64,000 nt of DNA from Balamuthia mandrillaris (lineage: Eukaryota), in the NCBI GenBank assembly GCA_031835245.2, contig JAVKOQ020000056.1, positions 1 through 64,000 on the forward strand. Reading direction: 5' to 3'. Positions 46,186 to 59,752 of the stretch are shown here, piece by piece. The notes under the pieces were generated by a model. The model worked only from the letters and a program-made list of their open reading frames with translations, searched no databases and was not told the DNA's origin. Made by a program: the position numbers and the translations under genes. Every line of letters starts with the position of its first letter. Positions within the stretch are counted from its first letter, which is position 1.

Positions 46186-48002
46186 ATGGAGTTCTCCATG
46201 TTGGATGGTACGTTTTTTTTCCCTTCTTCCTCTTTTTTCCCTTCCTTATTGCCATGTGTTTGGGAGTATTTTTTATTTTTTTTAAAAAACTTTGTTCATA
46301 GTTGGGGGGTGGAAGTTCCTGGGGTCCTCCTCGGATAGTTCGACTAGCCCCCAAAACTCTGTCCCGTCCTCCTCCTCCTCTTCATCCAGGAAACAACAAC
46401 CTTTTATGAACCTTTTTCTCAATACCAAGTCTCGTCTATACAACATTTGTAGACCTCGTTACGTTCTTTTCTCTCTTCTGCTCTTGTTCTTCTGCGTTCT
46501 TCTTGTTCTTGTTCTTGTTCTTGTTCTTCTTCTTCTTCTTGCTCTTGTTCTCCTCCTCCTCCTCCTTCCTTCTTCTTTCCTCCTCCTCCCCCTTTTTGTC
46601 GTTATTTCTTTCTCTGCTTTCTTGTTGTTTCTTTCTTTCTGACTTCTTTATCAACAGTGAAAAAGACATTACCCGAGTTCTCGGCTTCACCTATCTACCT
46701 CCTAGGCATCGAATACAGAGCCAACTATCAAATCCGCCCTTCCACCCCCCCGCCTCAACAGCGACAAAAGTCAGAGCACAGTGACAAAAATACGAGTCCA
46801 AGACAAGAAAGAGAAGATAGAGAACAACTACAACTACAGCAACATCACTACCCCCATGTCTCTGCCTTCTTGCAAGATTTTGCCTCTCGCATCTGGTTCA
46901 CATATCGCAACCAATTTGCTCCCATTCATCGGACTCGCTATACCACGGACTTGGGGTGGGGATGTGTCCTTCGTACCGGTCAAATGCTTCTCGCGCAAGC
47001 TTTTCTTTGCCATTATCTTGGACGAGGTTCGTTTAGTTTCTCTCTCTCACTTCTCATTCGCTGCTTCTCTTCTCTCGCTCTCTCTTTCTTCGCTGCGCAC
47101 TAAAAAGCCAACTAGGATGGAAACGACAACAACATGACGAGAATGACGGAGCCTTTATGTTGTACAGGCAATTACTCCGCTGGTTCGCGGACGAACCCTC
47201 TCAAGACGCTCCTTATTCCATTCATGCCATCGCCCGTGTTGGACAGGAAAAATTTGGCAAGAATATCGGGCAGTGGTTCGAACCAACAACTATCGCTAAC
47301 GTTCTTTGGTTTGTTTTTATGTTTTTACTTTTCTTGCCTATCGGTTTCCCTTCTTTATGTCTATCTTTTCTTTTCTCCTTTTTTTACTTTTCCTTTATGT
47401 TTCCTTGCTTCTTTCTTACTCTCTTACAATTTTTTAGTCATTTAGTGCGAAGACATAAGCCGGACGGATTGAAGATTTACATAGCAAAGGATGGCACTCT
47501 GTACAAAAACGAAGTTATTCAACTGTGCCAAGCAAATGAATCGTCGTCTTCTTCTTCTCCTTCCTCCTCTGCTTCTTGTGACAAGCCTTCGTCTGCTATT
47601 CGATCTTCTCGCGAACAACAAGAAGCTGTCAAAGATGAGAATAACGCAATTGAAAGTGAAGTGGAGCAAAAACAAGAAAAGGATGTTGGGCCATGGAGTC
47701 CACTTATAATTTTGGTGCCTGTTCGTTTGGGAGTGGATGCCATGAACCCATTGTACATACCCGCTTTGAAGAGCTTCTTTCGTCTGCCCCAAAGTTTAGG
47801 CTGCATTGGAGGCAAACCTCATTCTTCCTTTTATTTTATGGGTTATCAAGGTTCATATGCTTTTTTTCCTTGTTCTCTCTCTCTCTCTCTCTGTTGTTTC
47901 TTATATTTTTATGCTCGACAATTAGACAACAATATCATTTATATGGACCCGCATGTCGTACATTCTGCGGTTGACACCAACGCGGACGATTTTTCAACCG
48001 AA

Positions 48003-48046
<44 letters not shown>

Positions 48047-48442
48047 TTTCCTTTATTTATTCTAACAATATATTTCTCGATTGCAAAATAGACATACCAT
48101 ACGACCATTCCGCAGATGATGCCATTCACCCAAATCGATCCTTCTCTCGCGCTTGGCTTTTATTGTAGCACTCGCTCCGACTTTGATGATTTTTGTTCTA
48201 GAGCAGAACAGGTATTTTCTTCTTGCCGTTCTTGTGCGCTTGTTTGACTTTCTCACTAAACGTACTGTTTTCGTTTGTGCTAACCGCGATAGCAGATCGG
48301 CAGAGAGGAACAGTGCATCGTGTCTATACTCCAGACAAATGCGCATACTTTAGTACAAAACGATATTTCCACCGCGAGAGAAGATACCATGGAGGACTCT
48401 CTTTTTTCATTCGAGGACGATGATGACCTTGTTTACCTTTAA
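46186..48442 (+). CDS. ATG4: Autophagy cysteine protease ATG4 (peptidase C54), multi-exon
   Basis: IWFTYR, TTDLGWGCVLRTGQMLLAQA, PYSIH, GQWFEP, PVRLG, GCIGGKP, YMDPH, IDPS and an acidic C-tail. Confidence 0.95.
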
Positions 48443-48564
48443 AAAAACAAACTCCTCCTTTTATTTTGCTCTATTCTTCTCATTTTTATTCCCTTCTTAT
48501 TGATGTTGTTGGCTTACCAATCTTGTTATTCTGCTCCTGTATCGTCTGCTTCATTCATCTCCTT

Positions 48565-51208
48565 TTACTCTTTTGTCTCTTCCTTTGCTCCTCCTTCTTC
48601 CCCACTTTCTCCTTCCCTCTTACTGTTACTCTTTCTAGGTCCTCTTCTACTTGCCCCTCCACTTCCATTGCTTCTCTTCTTTCTTCTTTGCTGATTCTGA
48701 CTTTTTTCTCTTCCTTTTGCAGCATCTTCATCCTTCTCTTCCTTCTTCTTCAGGACCCACTCGATGCCAACTCCCATTCCCGCTTTCATCTGATTCAGCG
48801 CATCCCTCTCCAACTGCATCTCCATCCTCTCCCACAACAACATCTCCCTCTCCCTCTCCAACTGGCCCTCCACCTCCATGCAATACTTTTCCAGCTCCTC
48901 GATCGTCTCCTCTCTCTGCTTCCTCGTTGCTGCGAGCGCCTCCTTCGCCTCCTTCAGCTCTTCATGCAGTGCATCCCAGGTTTGTTGCATTCTCTCTTCT
49001 TCCTTTTTGGTGAATGCTTCCAAGTCACTGAGGATCTCTGCTTTCTGTTCTTGCAGCGCGGCGAGAGCCAAGTTCATGGCCTCGAGGTCCTGACGCAGCT
49101 GCATCTTTTGCATCCTCAGCCGCTCCACTTTCTCTCTTTGCTTTTGCTTCTCCTGCATCATTTTGTAGTCTTCCGCAGAGATCTTGCGGCTGGTTGATGT
49201 TGCTGCGGAAGAAGAAGAGAGAGAAGGAGAGGAACGAGGACTCTTTCCCTCATTCACATCCGCTCCAGAAGAAGAAGAGGAAGAAGAGGAGGGAGAAGAG
49301 GAGGAAGAAGGACCAGAGATGGACATTCTACGACGAGAACGCTCTTCTGATCTGCGCAGAGTGTCCACCCTTCTCGCTTTGCTCAGCGATGGAGAGGTAG
49401 AACTGTTGAGAGAAGGAGAAGAGCTGGAGTAAGGTATTCTCTCTCCCTCTCTTTCTCTTTCTCTCAGCGAGGCAGACGAGGAAGAAGTAGATAATGAATC
49501 GGAAGCCGCAAACGAGACTTGGGGAGATGGAGTCGTTTGTAGTTCGTCTTCATCACTCTCTTCTTCTTTCGTGTGGTTAGCGCCAATATTACTTCCTTTC
49601 TTCTCTTTTTCCTTCTCTTTCTCCTTTTCTTTCTCCAGCTTCTTTTGCAGTTTGGCAGCTTTCTTCAACTCCTTCTCTCTCTTCTTCAACTCCTTTTTGG
49701 AGAGAGTGGAAGGGTCCATCGTTTGCTCTGCCGCCAACAACGCAACAATGTTCTCTATCTTGGCCTTCTCTTCTCTGTTCGCCAAAATGATGTTGAGGTA
49801 TTTTGCTCCTCTCACCTCCTCCTCTTTCAACTCCACTTTTGTTGCTGCCGCTTCTGATGACGATGCCGAGGAGAAAGCAGCGCCTGCTTCCTGTGATGCT
49901 GATTGGGACGGTGAAGAAGCAGAAGAAGACGGGTATGGATATTCAGCTTCGGGAAAGATGAGGTCGTAGTCGTCGAGAAAGGTTTCCACAATGGAACGTT
50001 GCACCGCATAACGCATAAAGTCATCCTTCATTTCGTTTTGGTTAGCTTCAGCACTGAAACGACAAGCAAGCAAGAAGGGAACGAACCATGCTTTCGACTT
50101 CTCTTCGAATAAGCGTGGGCGCAAAGACAACGCCAACGTTCAATGAGCCCATCTTGTTCTCCGGCTCAAAGAGGGTGACCAGCTTCAAGAAGGTCATCGT
50201 ATAGTGGAGCAGGTCCTTGTGGGACTTGGGCAGCTCCTGGATGAGGTCGCGAAGCCTCTTGCGCCGAAGCTCCAGGTCTGACGTTTCTGTTTTGTTGTTG
50301 TTGCGTTGTATTTCGTTTCAGTTTTATTCTTATCAGAGAATGTACAGTTCTTTAAAACCAGAGGAGAGAAGCAGAGAAGCAAAGCCGAGAGAGACTAGAG
50401 GGAAAGTAAACAATGGACCTACCAGCAGCTTCCATCCAACTATCAAACAGCCTGAAGGTGAGGAGCGGTTCGGGCAGCTCCCTGAAAAACTGTTTGAGCA
50501 GCGCGGCCACGGAATGGGGGTTTGACACGAACTCCAACGAGTTTATCCCCTGTTGGAAGGCCAGCTTGAGTGAGGTCACATCGCTGAACGGCACTGAGAT
50601 CCTGAAGAGGCCCTCCATCTCCAACGCTTTTGTTGGTGTTTAAGGTTGGTTGAAATCGAAGAGAGAGAGAGAGAGAGAGAGAAGAGAGAAGATGAACCTT
50701 CGCAAGCCAAATAGTTGACGCTCAAGAAGACAACGTAGGGAATTCCTCGAATAGCGTTGGGGCGAGCAGCAAGTTCTTCGATGGAGACACCAAACTCTTG
50801 TCGTTTCTTTCCGTTTTCTGTTAAAGGTATATATACATAAGGGAAGAAGCGAAGAGAACGATGAAAAGAAGAGAAGGGAACGACGAAGAGAACGACAAAG
50901 AGAAGAGAACAAAAAAAATGGATGGAAAAGGTGGTTTACATACTTCCTTTTTGTTTTGACTGCGATGCATCTGCATCACCTCGAAGTAATGTTACTGAAA
51001 GGTGAAAAAAGCCGATAAACAGACAAAAAAAGTTAGAGAAAATGATTTGAACGAAACACAAAGAGGACACGTTGTCCGTTGCACAGGAGAAGCCTATACC
51101 ATTGGCGGCATCTCCTTTCAGAACGAAGCGCGCCAGGGCTTGTTGTGTGGCCGTTCTTCTGACGGAACCGCCCCCGCTGCCCTCCGTTTCGACCGCGATC
51201 GAGCTCAT
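48565..51208 (-). CDS. RhoGAP-domain protein with C-terminal coiled coil, multi-exon
   Basis: EGLFRIS (arginine finger), VAALLKQFFRELPEPLLT, NKMGSLNVGVVFAPTL. Confidence 0.9.
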
Positions 51209-51349
51209 CCCTTTCCGTCCTGGGAGGAAATAGGCGTCCCTCCCTCTTTTCCTTTGTTTTTTTTTTTCCTGTGTTTTGTTCTCTAGAAAACTCGATAACT
51301 ATATATATTGCTTCCTCGACGAAGAGACACCAACCAATCAAATTATAAC

Positions 51350-51470
51350 GGGACGACGTGATGTCGACAACAATCATTAATTATCGTGACGACATTATAT
51401 GTATTGTCGACAAATAATATACGACACAGCATTATGTCGACTATAAATGTCCAGTTACATGACGACATGA
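51350..51470. promoter_or_regulatory. Cluster of TGTCGAC(A)/GACGAC motifs in the divergent RhoGAP/Roco intergenic region
   Basis: GTCGAC at 51363, 51406 and 51436 in AT-rich context. Regulatory function is inferred only. Confidence 0.45.
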
Positions 51471-51920
51471 ATAATCGGGTGAGGTTTTCCTTTCTTTCTT
51501 TCTTCCAATGTTTCTCAGCTGTTCGAACCATTGCTCCATTCCGTCCCTTCACAAAAACAAAAAAGGTGGCCTCAAACAACCAAAAGGCCCACCTTTTGTC
51601 TTCACCGCTTCAAAGAACGCTTTTTTTTCTTCCTTTTGTAACTTTTTTCCTTTAGATCGATAAAAACAATAAATATTCAATTAATTAAACAAATTTTTTT
51701 AATTCTTTTTATTTCTATTTTATTTATTTTAACTTTGCTTCTTCTCGACTACCGGCAACCATAAAGAAGAAGGAGGAACAGCAAAGAGTTCACAACAACC
51801 AGCTCGTCCTTTTGGGTTTTATTATTTTTGTTTTTTTTAAAAAAAATAAAACCCCATCGACGGACACGCCCATAAGCAAACGAATAAGAAAATATCTTAT
51901 AGACCTATATATATATATAA

Positions 51921-53291
51921 ATGTCCTCCAACAAAGAGGAAAGCAAACCACAACCGAAAGGAGGAGGAGGCGGCGGCGGCGGCGGCGGCGTCAAGAAACT
52001 CTTTGGTCGCGTCGGTCGTCGCAACAGCAAAGACTCTTCCACCTCCAAACAAAACTCCTTCTCTCGCCGCAAGACCATTACCATCTCCTCTCGCGAGGAT
52101 GAGCTGCTCCCACCACCGCAGAGCGAGGAGGAGGCCTCCTCCGTGAGCCTCTCCGTGTCGAGCGACCAGCACGCAACGGCCTCCTCCCGGCGGAAGAGCC
52201 TGGGGCGCAACAAACCGCCGCCGCCCAAGCTGCTGAGCAAGGGCTCGGAGGTGAGCACCTCCAGCTCGGCCCTGGACGTCTCGGGCTTTGCCAAGAGCTT
52301 CCTCCTCTCCAACCGGAGCTCCTCCAAGGACAAGGATAAGGACAAGGACAGCAGGGCCTCCAAGGAGAAGGACAAAGGAGGGAGCACCTCGGGCGAGAAA
52401 AGAACAAAGACAAAGAAGCTGATGCACCGAGGCAAATCCGTCACGCATGAACAGCTCTTGCAACACACTCGCTCTTCTGCTTCTTCTTCTTCTTCGGATC
52501 CACGCTCTGCTGCTTCTTCTTCTGCTTCTTCCGTTTCCTATTCCGCTTTTGAAGAGATCATTCAAAGAGAGAAAAGAGAGAACGGAGAGAACGGAGGAGA
52601 GGAGCACGACGGCCTCGGCGGCAGCCGGAACGAGTTCCTCTCCTCCCTGTTGCTGTTGGAGGAGGAGGAGGAGGAGCTCCTGGTGGAGCGGAAGCAGCCG
52701 CCGCACCCCAAGTTCGACGAGAGCTGGTTTCAAGAGGTCTTGAACGGGTTGCGGCAGAAGGAGGAGGAGAAAGAGGAGGAGGTAGAGAAAGAAGAGAACG
52801 AGAAGAGGAGGAGGCAGAGGAAGACCGCAAAGAGAGAGGAGGTGTTGGACCTGTCGAATTGTTATTTGGACGACTTTGCGGCGGCCCAACTGGCGGAGGC
52901 TTTGGCTTCGTACGTTGCCGCTTTGCTTTCTTCATTCCTCCTCCTCTGTCTTTGCTTCATTCCTTCCTTCCTTCTTTGTCTTTCATAGCCCTTCGTTCGT
53001 TGCTCTTAGTTCCTTTCTTCTTTCTTTTCCTCTGCATTTCTTTCTTGTCGTTTCTTTCTTTCTTTCTTTTCCTCTGCATTTCTTTCTTGTCGTTTCTTTC
53101 TTTCTTTCTTTTCTTTCTTTTCTTTTCTTTTCTTTTCTTTTCTTTTCTTTTCTTTTCTTTTCTTTTCTTTTCTTTTCTTTTCTTTTCTTTTCTTTTCTTT
53201 CTTTCTTTCTTGTCGTTTCTTTCTTGTCGTTTCTTTCTTTCTTGTCGTTTCTTTCTTTCTTTCTTTCTTTCTTTCTTGTCGTTTCTTTTTT

Positions 53292-53335
<44 letters not shown>

Positions 53336-53886
53336 TTCTTTTCTTTCTTTCTTTTCGTTCTTTTCACAAACCAAAAAAATAAAAATAAAAGGAACAACAC
53401 CGTTATAGAGATAGACCTCCAGTCGAACCTTATCGGAGATGAAGGCTTGGCCCTCATTTGCCGGATGCTTCGGACCAACCGGACCCTCACTAGTCTCAAC
53501 CTTTTGCATAACTCTTTCACCAGAAGGTTTCTTTATTGCTGTCTTCTTTCTTCTTTCTTCTTTCTTCTTTCTTCTTTCTTCTTTCTTCTTTCTTCTTTCT
53601 TCTTTCTTCTTTCTTTCTTCTTTCTCCGTTCTTCTTTCTTCGATGAGTGTAGCTCATGTTTGTAACAAAAACCAAAAAAACAAAAGGGGAATGGCAAGGC
53701 TCTTAGCGAGTCTCTATCGCAACCTCTTTATCACCGAGGTGTTTGTGGATGAGGAGCTCACCTCCTTTGATACCTGCGAGTTCGCCATTACGCCCAGCGT
53801 CGAAGCGAAACTGGAGCAAGTCCTCAAGCAAAACAACGACCTTCGCAATGTTCGCTTTCTCCTCTTTCCTCTTCTCCTATACCTGC

Positions 53887-53931
<45 letters not shown>

Positions 53932-56900
53932 TCTGTTGAATAGACTCCTAACATGAAACGAAAGGTGATGGAAGGTGAAGCTGATGAACTTGATCTGTCT
54001 GAACGAGAGCATGCTGCGATTCATCCGGACATAGTGACTCGTCTTCACAAGTTCAAGCACGTCACATCCATTCAATACGAGCGCAACAGGCTCGCCTCTC
54101 TCCCTCCTTGCATTGGTCAATTCACATCTCTACAACGGCTATGCCTTTCCTTTAACAAGTACGTCTCTTCTCCTTTTCTTCTGTCCGTTCCTTCATCTCT
54201 TCCTCCACTGCTTCTCTTGCTTCTCATTGTTCTTCTTCGGCCCCTTCTCTTCTTCGAACACCTAACACGATGCTCTACCTCCGTTGCTTCCAACTTCAGT
54301 TTGGAGCGGCTGCCTCATGAGTTGGGCAACTGCAAAACGCTCCTCACTCTCGACTTGAGAGGAAACCAGATCGTCGAGTTTCCTGCCTCTCTTTGCAGCC
54401 TGCCCAAGCTGAAGCGCATCACCTTCAGCAGCAACAGGTTGCAGAGCATCCCTCAGATGGCGCTTGGCTCCATGCCCAGTCTTACTTTTCTGGATGTGAG
54501 CGACAATCCGTTGAGCGAAATGAGCGAAACCTTCAAGGTAAGCCACTCAATGAAAGAACTCATTTAGCTGTTTCTCTCCCTCCTTCTCTCTCCTCTCTCT
54601 CTCTCTCTTTGTCGTTCTCTTCTCTTCTTACATGTGCTTTTGGTTGTTGCTATATTATCAGAACATTGCGCAGACAGGAGGTAAAGACACAGTGAGTTAC
54701 TTGAAGGAGTTGGCCAAAGGCTCCGAAGATATCTTCCGTATGAAACTGATGTTTGTTGGTGATGGTAGGTTATTCCCCTCTCGTTCTTTCTTTGTCGTTT
54801 CTTGTTGTTTCTTTCTTCAAGCATTCACTAAACAGCAACAAAAAAGAAAATGTGGGAAAGACATCATTACTGCGAAACCTCTTGCTCAAACACAAGAGCA
54901 AGACGCAGGCGACGGCTGCAAACGCCGCCGAAGCGGAGAAAGAGAAGGACAAGGATCGTGAAGCCTACCTCAACGTTGCCACAGATGGCATTGATATACA
55001 CCGTTGGATGGTGCCACATCCCAACAAAGCATTGAAAGGTTCTCATGTTGTTTTTTCTTGTTGGGACTTTGCTGGTCAGGTATTTGTTCCTATTCCCTCT
55101 TTCCTCTTCATTCCTTTCTCATTCACCTCCTCCTTCTCCTCCTTCTTCCCTTCACTCACAACACTTGCATTCTTTAAAAAAAAATGAAGGAAGTGTATTA
55201 TGCAACACACAGCTTCTTTCTCTCCGGAAGAGCGATGTACATTGTGTTGTTCAATCTTGTGAATGGGGTGGAGGACACCTCTCGGGTGGAGTATTGGCTT
55301 CAGTCCATCGACGCACGGAGCTACGGCACTTCACCGGTGGTGGTCGTTCTCGTTGGAACTCACTGCGAGGACAAGCGATGCACTCCCGAGTACATTGACT
55401 CTTGCTTTCAAACGTTGACTAAGCGGTTCAAGAAAAGATTCAAAAAGTAAGTCCTCCTCATTCTCTTGTAGCTGGTGCCACTTTTCTCTGCTCTATCTTC
55501 GCTACTTTGGTCACCTTCTCAGCTTTCTTCTTCTGTTCTTGTTTTTCTTGTCCTTCTTGTTCTTGTTCTTGTTCTTCCTTCTTCCTCTTCCTCTCCTCTC
55601 ACAAATACAAACTGCTTTATATGAATGTTGAAAACCATAGGAGGTTAAACTTAGAAGCCACTTTTGCTATAAGCAACCTTTCTGGCAACGGCATCTCCAA
55701 GCTAACAAACTACCTCCTCGACGCTGCCCTCAAGCAACCCTACATGCCGCAATCCATTCCCAAATCCTATCTCAGCCTGGAGGAGAAGCTCTCCGGGCTT
55801 CGGCTGGCCAAACGTCCTCCCCTAATATCCTTCGAGGAGTGTCACGAGCAAGCCCTTCTCAGCGGCATCGAACCGTCGAGCGTTAACTCTGCGGTGAGGT
55901 TGTTGCATGATTTGGGCTGCTTGTTGCACTTTCATGAGGATCCTACGTTGAGGAATTTGGTCCTGTTGGATCCGCAGTGGATCACCTCTACTTTTGCTAC
56001 GAGTACGTTTCACTCTCCTTCAGCTTCATGTTCTTGTTCTTCTTCTTCCTCCTCTCCTCGCTCTTCTTCTTTTAGTTTCTATATTAGTACTATGCATTTT
56101 GTCATTCACTTCTTCTGCCATTAACTTTTCTTCTTCCATCACCATCAGTTGTAACCATCAAACAGACATTCATCCAAAACGGAGTCCTGCGAAGAAAGAA
56201 CCTCCCCCAAATGTGGAGAGAACCAGAACATCCGCTCCATCTCCACCACCAAATGTTGCTCATGCTGGAGAGGTTCGAGATTGTTGCAAGAGTTCATGGC
56301 AAACCTTCGTTACTCCTTGCTTCTTCTGCGCCTTCTCTTTCTTCCTCCTCTTCTTCGCTTTCTTCATCCTCGTCTTCTGCTTCCGGAACTACGGCAACCT
56401 CTCAAGAAAAACAACCAGGAGAAAAAGTGGAGCAACAAGAGAATGAAGCGGGTTCAACAGAAGTTAGTAACAACAAAGAAACAAAAGAAGGAGAAGATGT
56501 GAGAAAAGGACCAGCAACAGCAACCACTGAACCAAATACTAGTTTGCCGATCATAAACGCGTCAACCATGATCATGGATGACGATGGAGAGGAAGAGCTT
56601 ATTCTTATCCCTTGTTTGTTGCATGACAAAGAGCCGGAAGCGGCTGTTATGTTAAAATATTGGCCTCTGCCCATTCATCAGGTACTCTCTCCTCTTTCTC
56701 TTTTTCTTGGTCTTGTTCCTTTCTTTATCCGTCTTTCTACTTACTGAACCAAACAAAAAGGCCGTTGGAAGAAAGTTCTACGTGGAGTTTGTGCCGAACG
56801 GATTCTTTGGTCGCCTTATAGTACGCTTCATTGCCTCTCATTATACGCCACTGGTCTTTTGGCATAATGGAATTGTCCTTCAAAAAGGTATGCTCTTCTT

Positions 56901-59752
56901 CTTTATTCTTTATTCTTTCATCTCCCTTCTTCTTTTTCCTTTCTTTCTTGTCGTTTCTTTCCTTCTTTATCTCCCACCAAAACGAAGCAAATAACAAACA
57001 CAACCAACGTAGGGAACGAAACTATAAAGCTGCTCCTCAGCAAAGCTCAACTGAGCGAAGACATTTGGCGCGTCTTGGAACAGTCCAAACGAGGCAGAAG
57101 AACGGCAGCCGCCACTCTGCTCACCCGTCCCGAGCTCTGCCTGGAGATGTGGATCCGAGGACCAAAGCCGGCCTCTCATTTGGCGAATTTGGTGGAGCAC
57201 ATAGAGACGTTGTTAGTGGATTGGCTGAACCTTACAGATCGGTTCTATGTTACAGTCCCGTGTACTCACTGCGTTACAGGTCTCTTTTTCTTCTTCTTCT
57301 CTCCCTTGTTCTTCTTCTTTTTTCTCCTCCTTTTTCTTCTGCTTCATCGCAGTGCCTTTGTTAACTTTCTGTGATTGTACAGGAACGGAGGCAATTGCAG
57401 AGTATAACGAATACTCTATTGAAGAGCTCAGCAAACAAGCTGCAATGGGCAACCAGGACGCCACCATGCAATGTCGCAATGGAACTGCTGTTTCCCTCTC
57501 CAAACTGGCACCTGATCTCTTCATGTCTGAGTTCAAGTCTTCTGAGATTGACTTTAAGGTTCGCCCTTGTGCTTCCTCTTCTTCTTGTTCTTGTTTTTCT
57601 TCTTCTTCTCCTTCTCCTTCTTCTGCTTCTGCTTCTTCTTCTTCTTGTTCTTCTTCTTCTTCTTAGTTCCTAGATTCCTAACCAGTCCGTTGGGATAAAC
57701 GCAACAGGATCTCGTTTTAGAAAAGGCATTAGGTAAAGGAGGTTATGCGACCGTCTACAAAGGTACGCATCAAGGCAAAGAAGTGGCAGTGAAAGAGCTC
57801 CGCATGGAGCAAAGCGCGAGCCGGAACACCATCGACATCTTCAAAGAGTTTCGCAGGGAGGTGGCTCTGATGAGCGAGCTGCAGCATTCCAACATCGTTC
57901 AGATGGAAGGCTTTTGCATTCGCAGCGAGACGAATAGTTCCTCCTCGGCGTCTTCTTCTTTGTCGTCCACGCCCTCCTCTTCCTCCGGCAACGTGCCAAC
58001 TACTGTTCCTCTTCGTCACAGCTCTTCTTCTTCTGCTGGAGCGGCGGAGGAGAAGAAGGACAAAGACAAAGAGAGAGATAAAGACAGCAGCAAGAAGAAA
58101 AAGAAAAACAAGAAGAAACTCTCGTCTTCCTCTTCAAACGCGTCTTCGTCATCCCCTTCCATGACTGCTGTTGCAAAGACAACCAACTCAACGTCCACCT
58201 CTGCTCCGAATCTTTCACTCTCCTCCGTTTCTCCCACTTCTTCTCGTGAAAAGAAGAAGACTCGCTCACGGTCTTCCACTTCCTCAGCCACATCCTCTGC
58301 CACAAAGATGGAAGGAAAGAAAGACAAAGACAATGCCGCAGCCACCACAACCACAACAAGCCTCTATATGATATTGGAGTACATGTCGCTCGGAGATCTG
58401 TACCACTTTATCCATGACGAAGAGGGGCGCTATGGGAAAACGTATCTGCCAAACTGGTCCTTTGTGTTGAAGCTCTGTCGGGACATTGCTCTTGGTGTCA
58501 CTTTTATGCATCGACACACGCCACCTATCATTCATCGCGATCTCAAGACGCCCAACGTTTTGGTAAGTTGTCCTTCTCTTTCGTTCTTGCTCTTTCTTGC
58601 CATCTCTCAAACTCCTTTTTCCTTTCTCTCTCTATTTCTCTTTCTCTTTCTCCCTCCTTTTTGCACATTCTCTCTTCTCCTTCTCCTTCTCCTTCTCCTT
58701 CTCCTTCTCCTTCTCCTTCTCCTTCTCCTTCTCCTTCTCCTTCTCCTTCTCCTTCTCCTTCTCCCTTCTCCTTCTCCCTTCTCCTTCTCCTTCTCCTTCT
58801 CCTTCTCCTTCTCCTTCTCCTTCTCCTTCTCCTTCTCCTTCTCTCGCACTAACAAAAACTTTAAAAACAAAGTTGGGCATAGAAGAAGAGGAAGAAAGCG
58901 GTCGACCAACAATTGTGGCCAAAGTGGCCGACTTTGGTCTCTCCCGCTTGATGCTCCTCTCCGACAAGCTGGCCCTCAAACCGGTCGACAATCCGGTTTG
59001 GCTGGCGCCGGAGCTGCTCCGCAACGAGCACTACGACGAGAAGGTGGACGTCTACAGCGTCGGAGTGATCATGTACGAAATCGTCTCTGGGCAGGACTAC
59101 ATGTCGCACGTGCCCGCTCCTCCTCATCGCTCCGTTATCACATGGATCGAAGATAAGGTTTGTTGTTTTTTTAAAAAAACACAAACACTCTTTCCCTCTT
59201 CTATCTTCTCTCTTTCTTTCTTCTTTTATAAACATTAAACAAAAACAGATATTGGATGGGACAAGACCGCCATTACCTCGTCGCTGCGAGGAAGAGATGC
59301 CGGCGTTGGCCGACCTCATCCGCAAGTGTTGGGCCGAGTCTCCCGAGGAGAGACCCTCCATCGCTCAAGTCAGTCGCTCCCTCAGCGAGCTCTACGCCAA
59401 AAGAAGAAAGGCGTTTGCCGCAGAGCTTGCTTCCATCCCCATTGAACCGCTGGTCAAGAAGAAGCAGAAGCCGACGACGCCGACGACGACAACAACCAGC
59501 GCCGCGAAAGCGGTGGAAGGGAGGAAGAGAGGGCACACGCACACGGCCGCAACGACGACGACCATAAGAAAGGACGAAGGGGAGAGAAGAGTGGGAAAGA
59601 AGGAAGGAAAGGAAGAGAAGAAGATACAGAGACATTCGGGAAGAAGGAACTTGACGGGACTCGTTGTGGATAATAACAACAGCAGCAACAATAACAACAA
59701 TAACAAGTCGTCGGGATCGACGAAGGAAGAAAGGCAACACACGACAACGTAA
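51921..59752 (+). CDS. Roco (LRRK-like) protein: LRRs, Roc GTPase, COR, TKL kinase; multi-exon
   Basis: RI-like and typical LRRs. Roc motifs MKLMFVGDENVGKT, TDGIDI, WDFAGQEVYYATHSFFLS and VGTH. COR motifs LHDLG..F and LLDPQW. Kinase motifs GKGGYA, VAVK, HRDLKTPN, DFG and WLAPE. Confidence 0.93.
52990..53360 (+). repeat. Intronic (CTTTT)n/(CTTT)n microsatellite
   Basis: Direct tandem repeats in Roco intron 1. Confidence 0.9.
58673..58842 (+). repeat. Intronic (TTCTCC)n microsatellite
   Basis: Direct tandem repeat. The same unit occurs on the sense strand of the kinase-gene intron at about 32090-32150. Confidence 0.9.
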
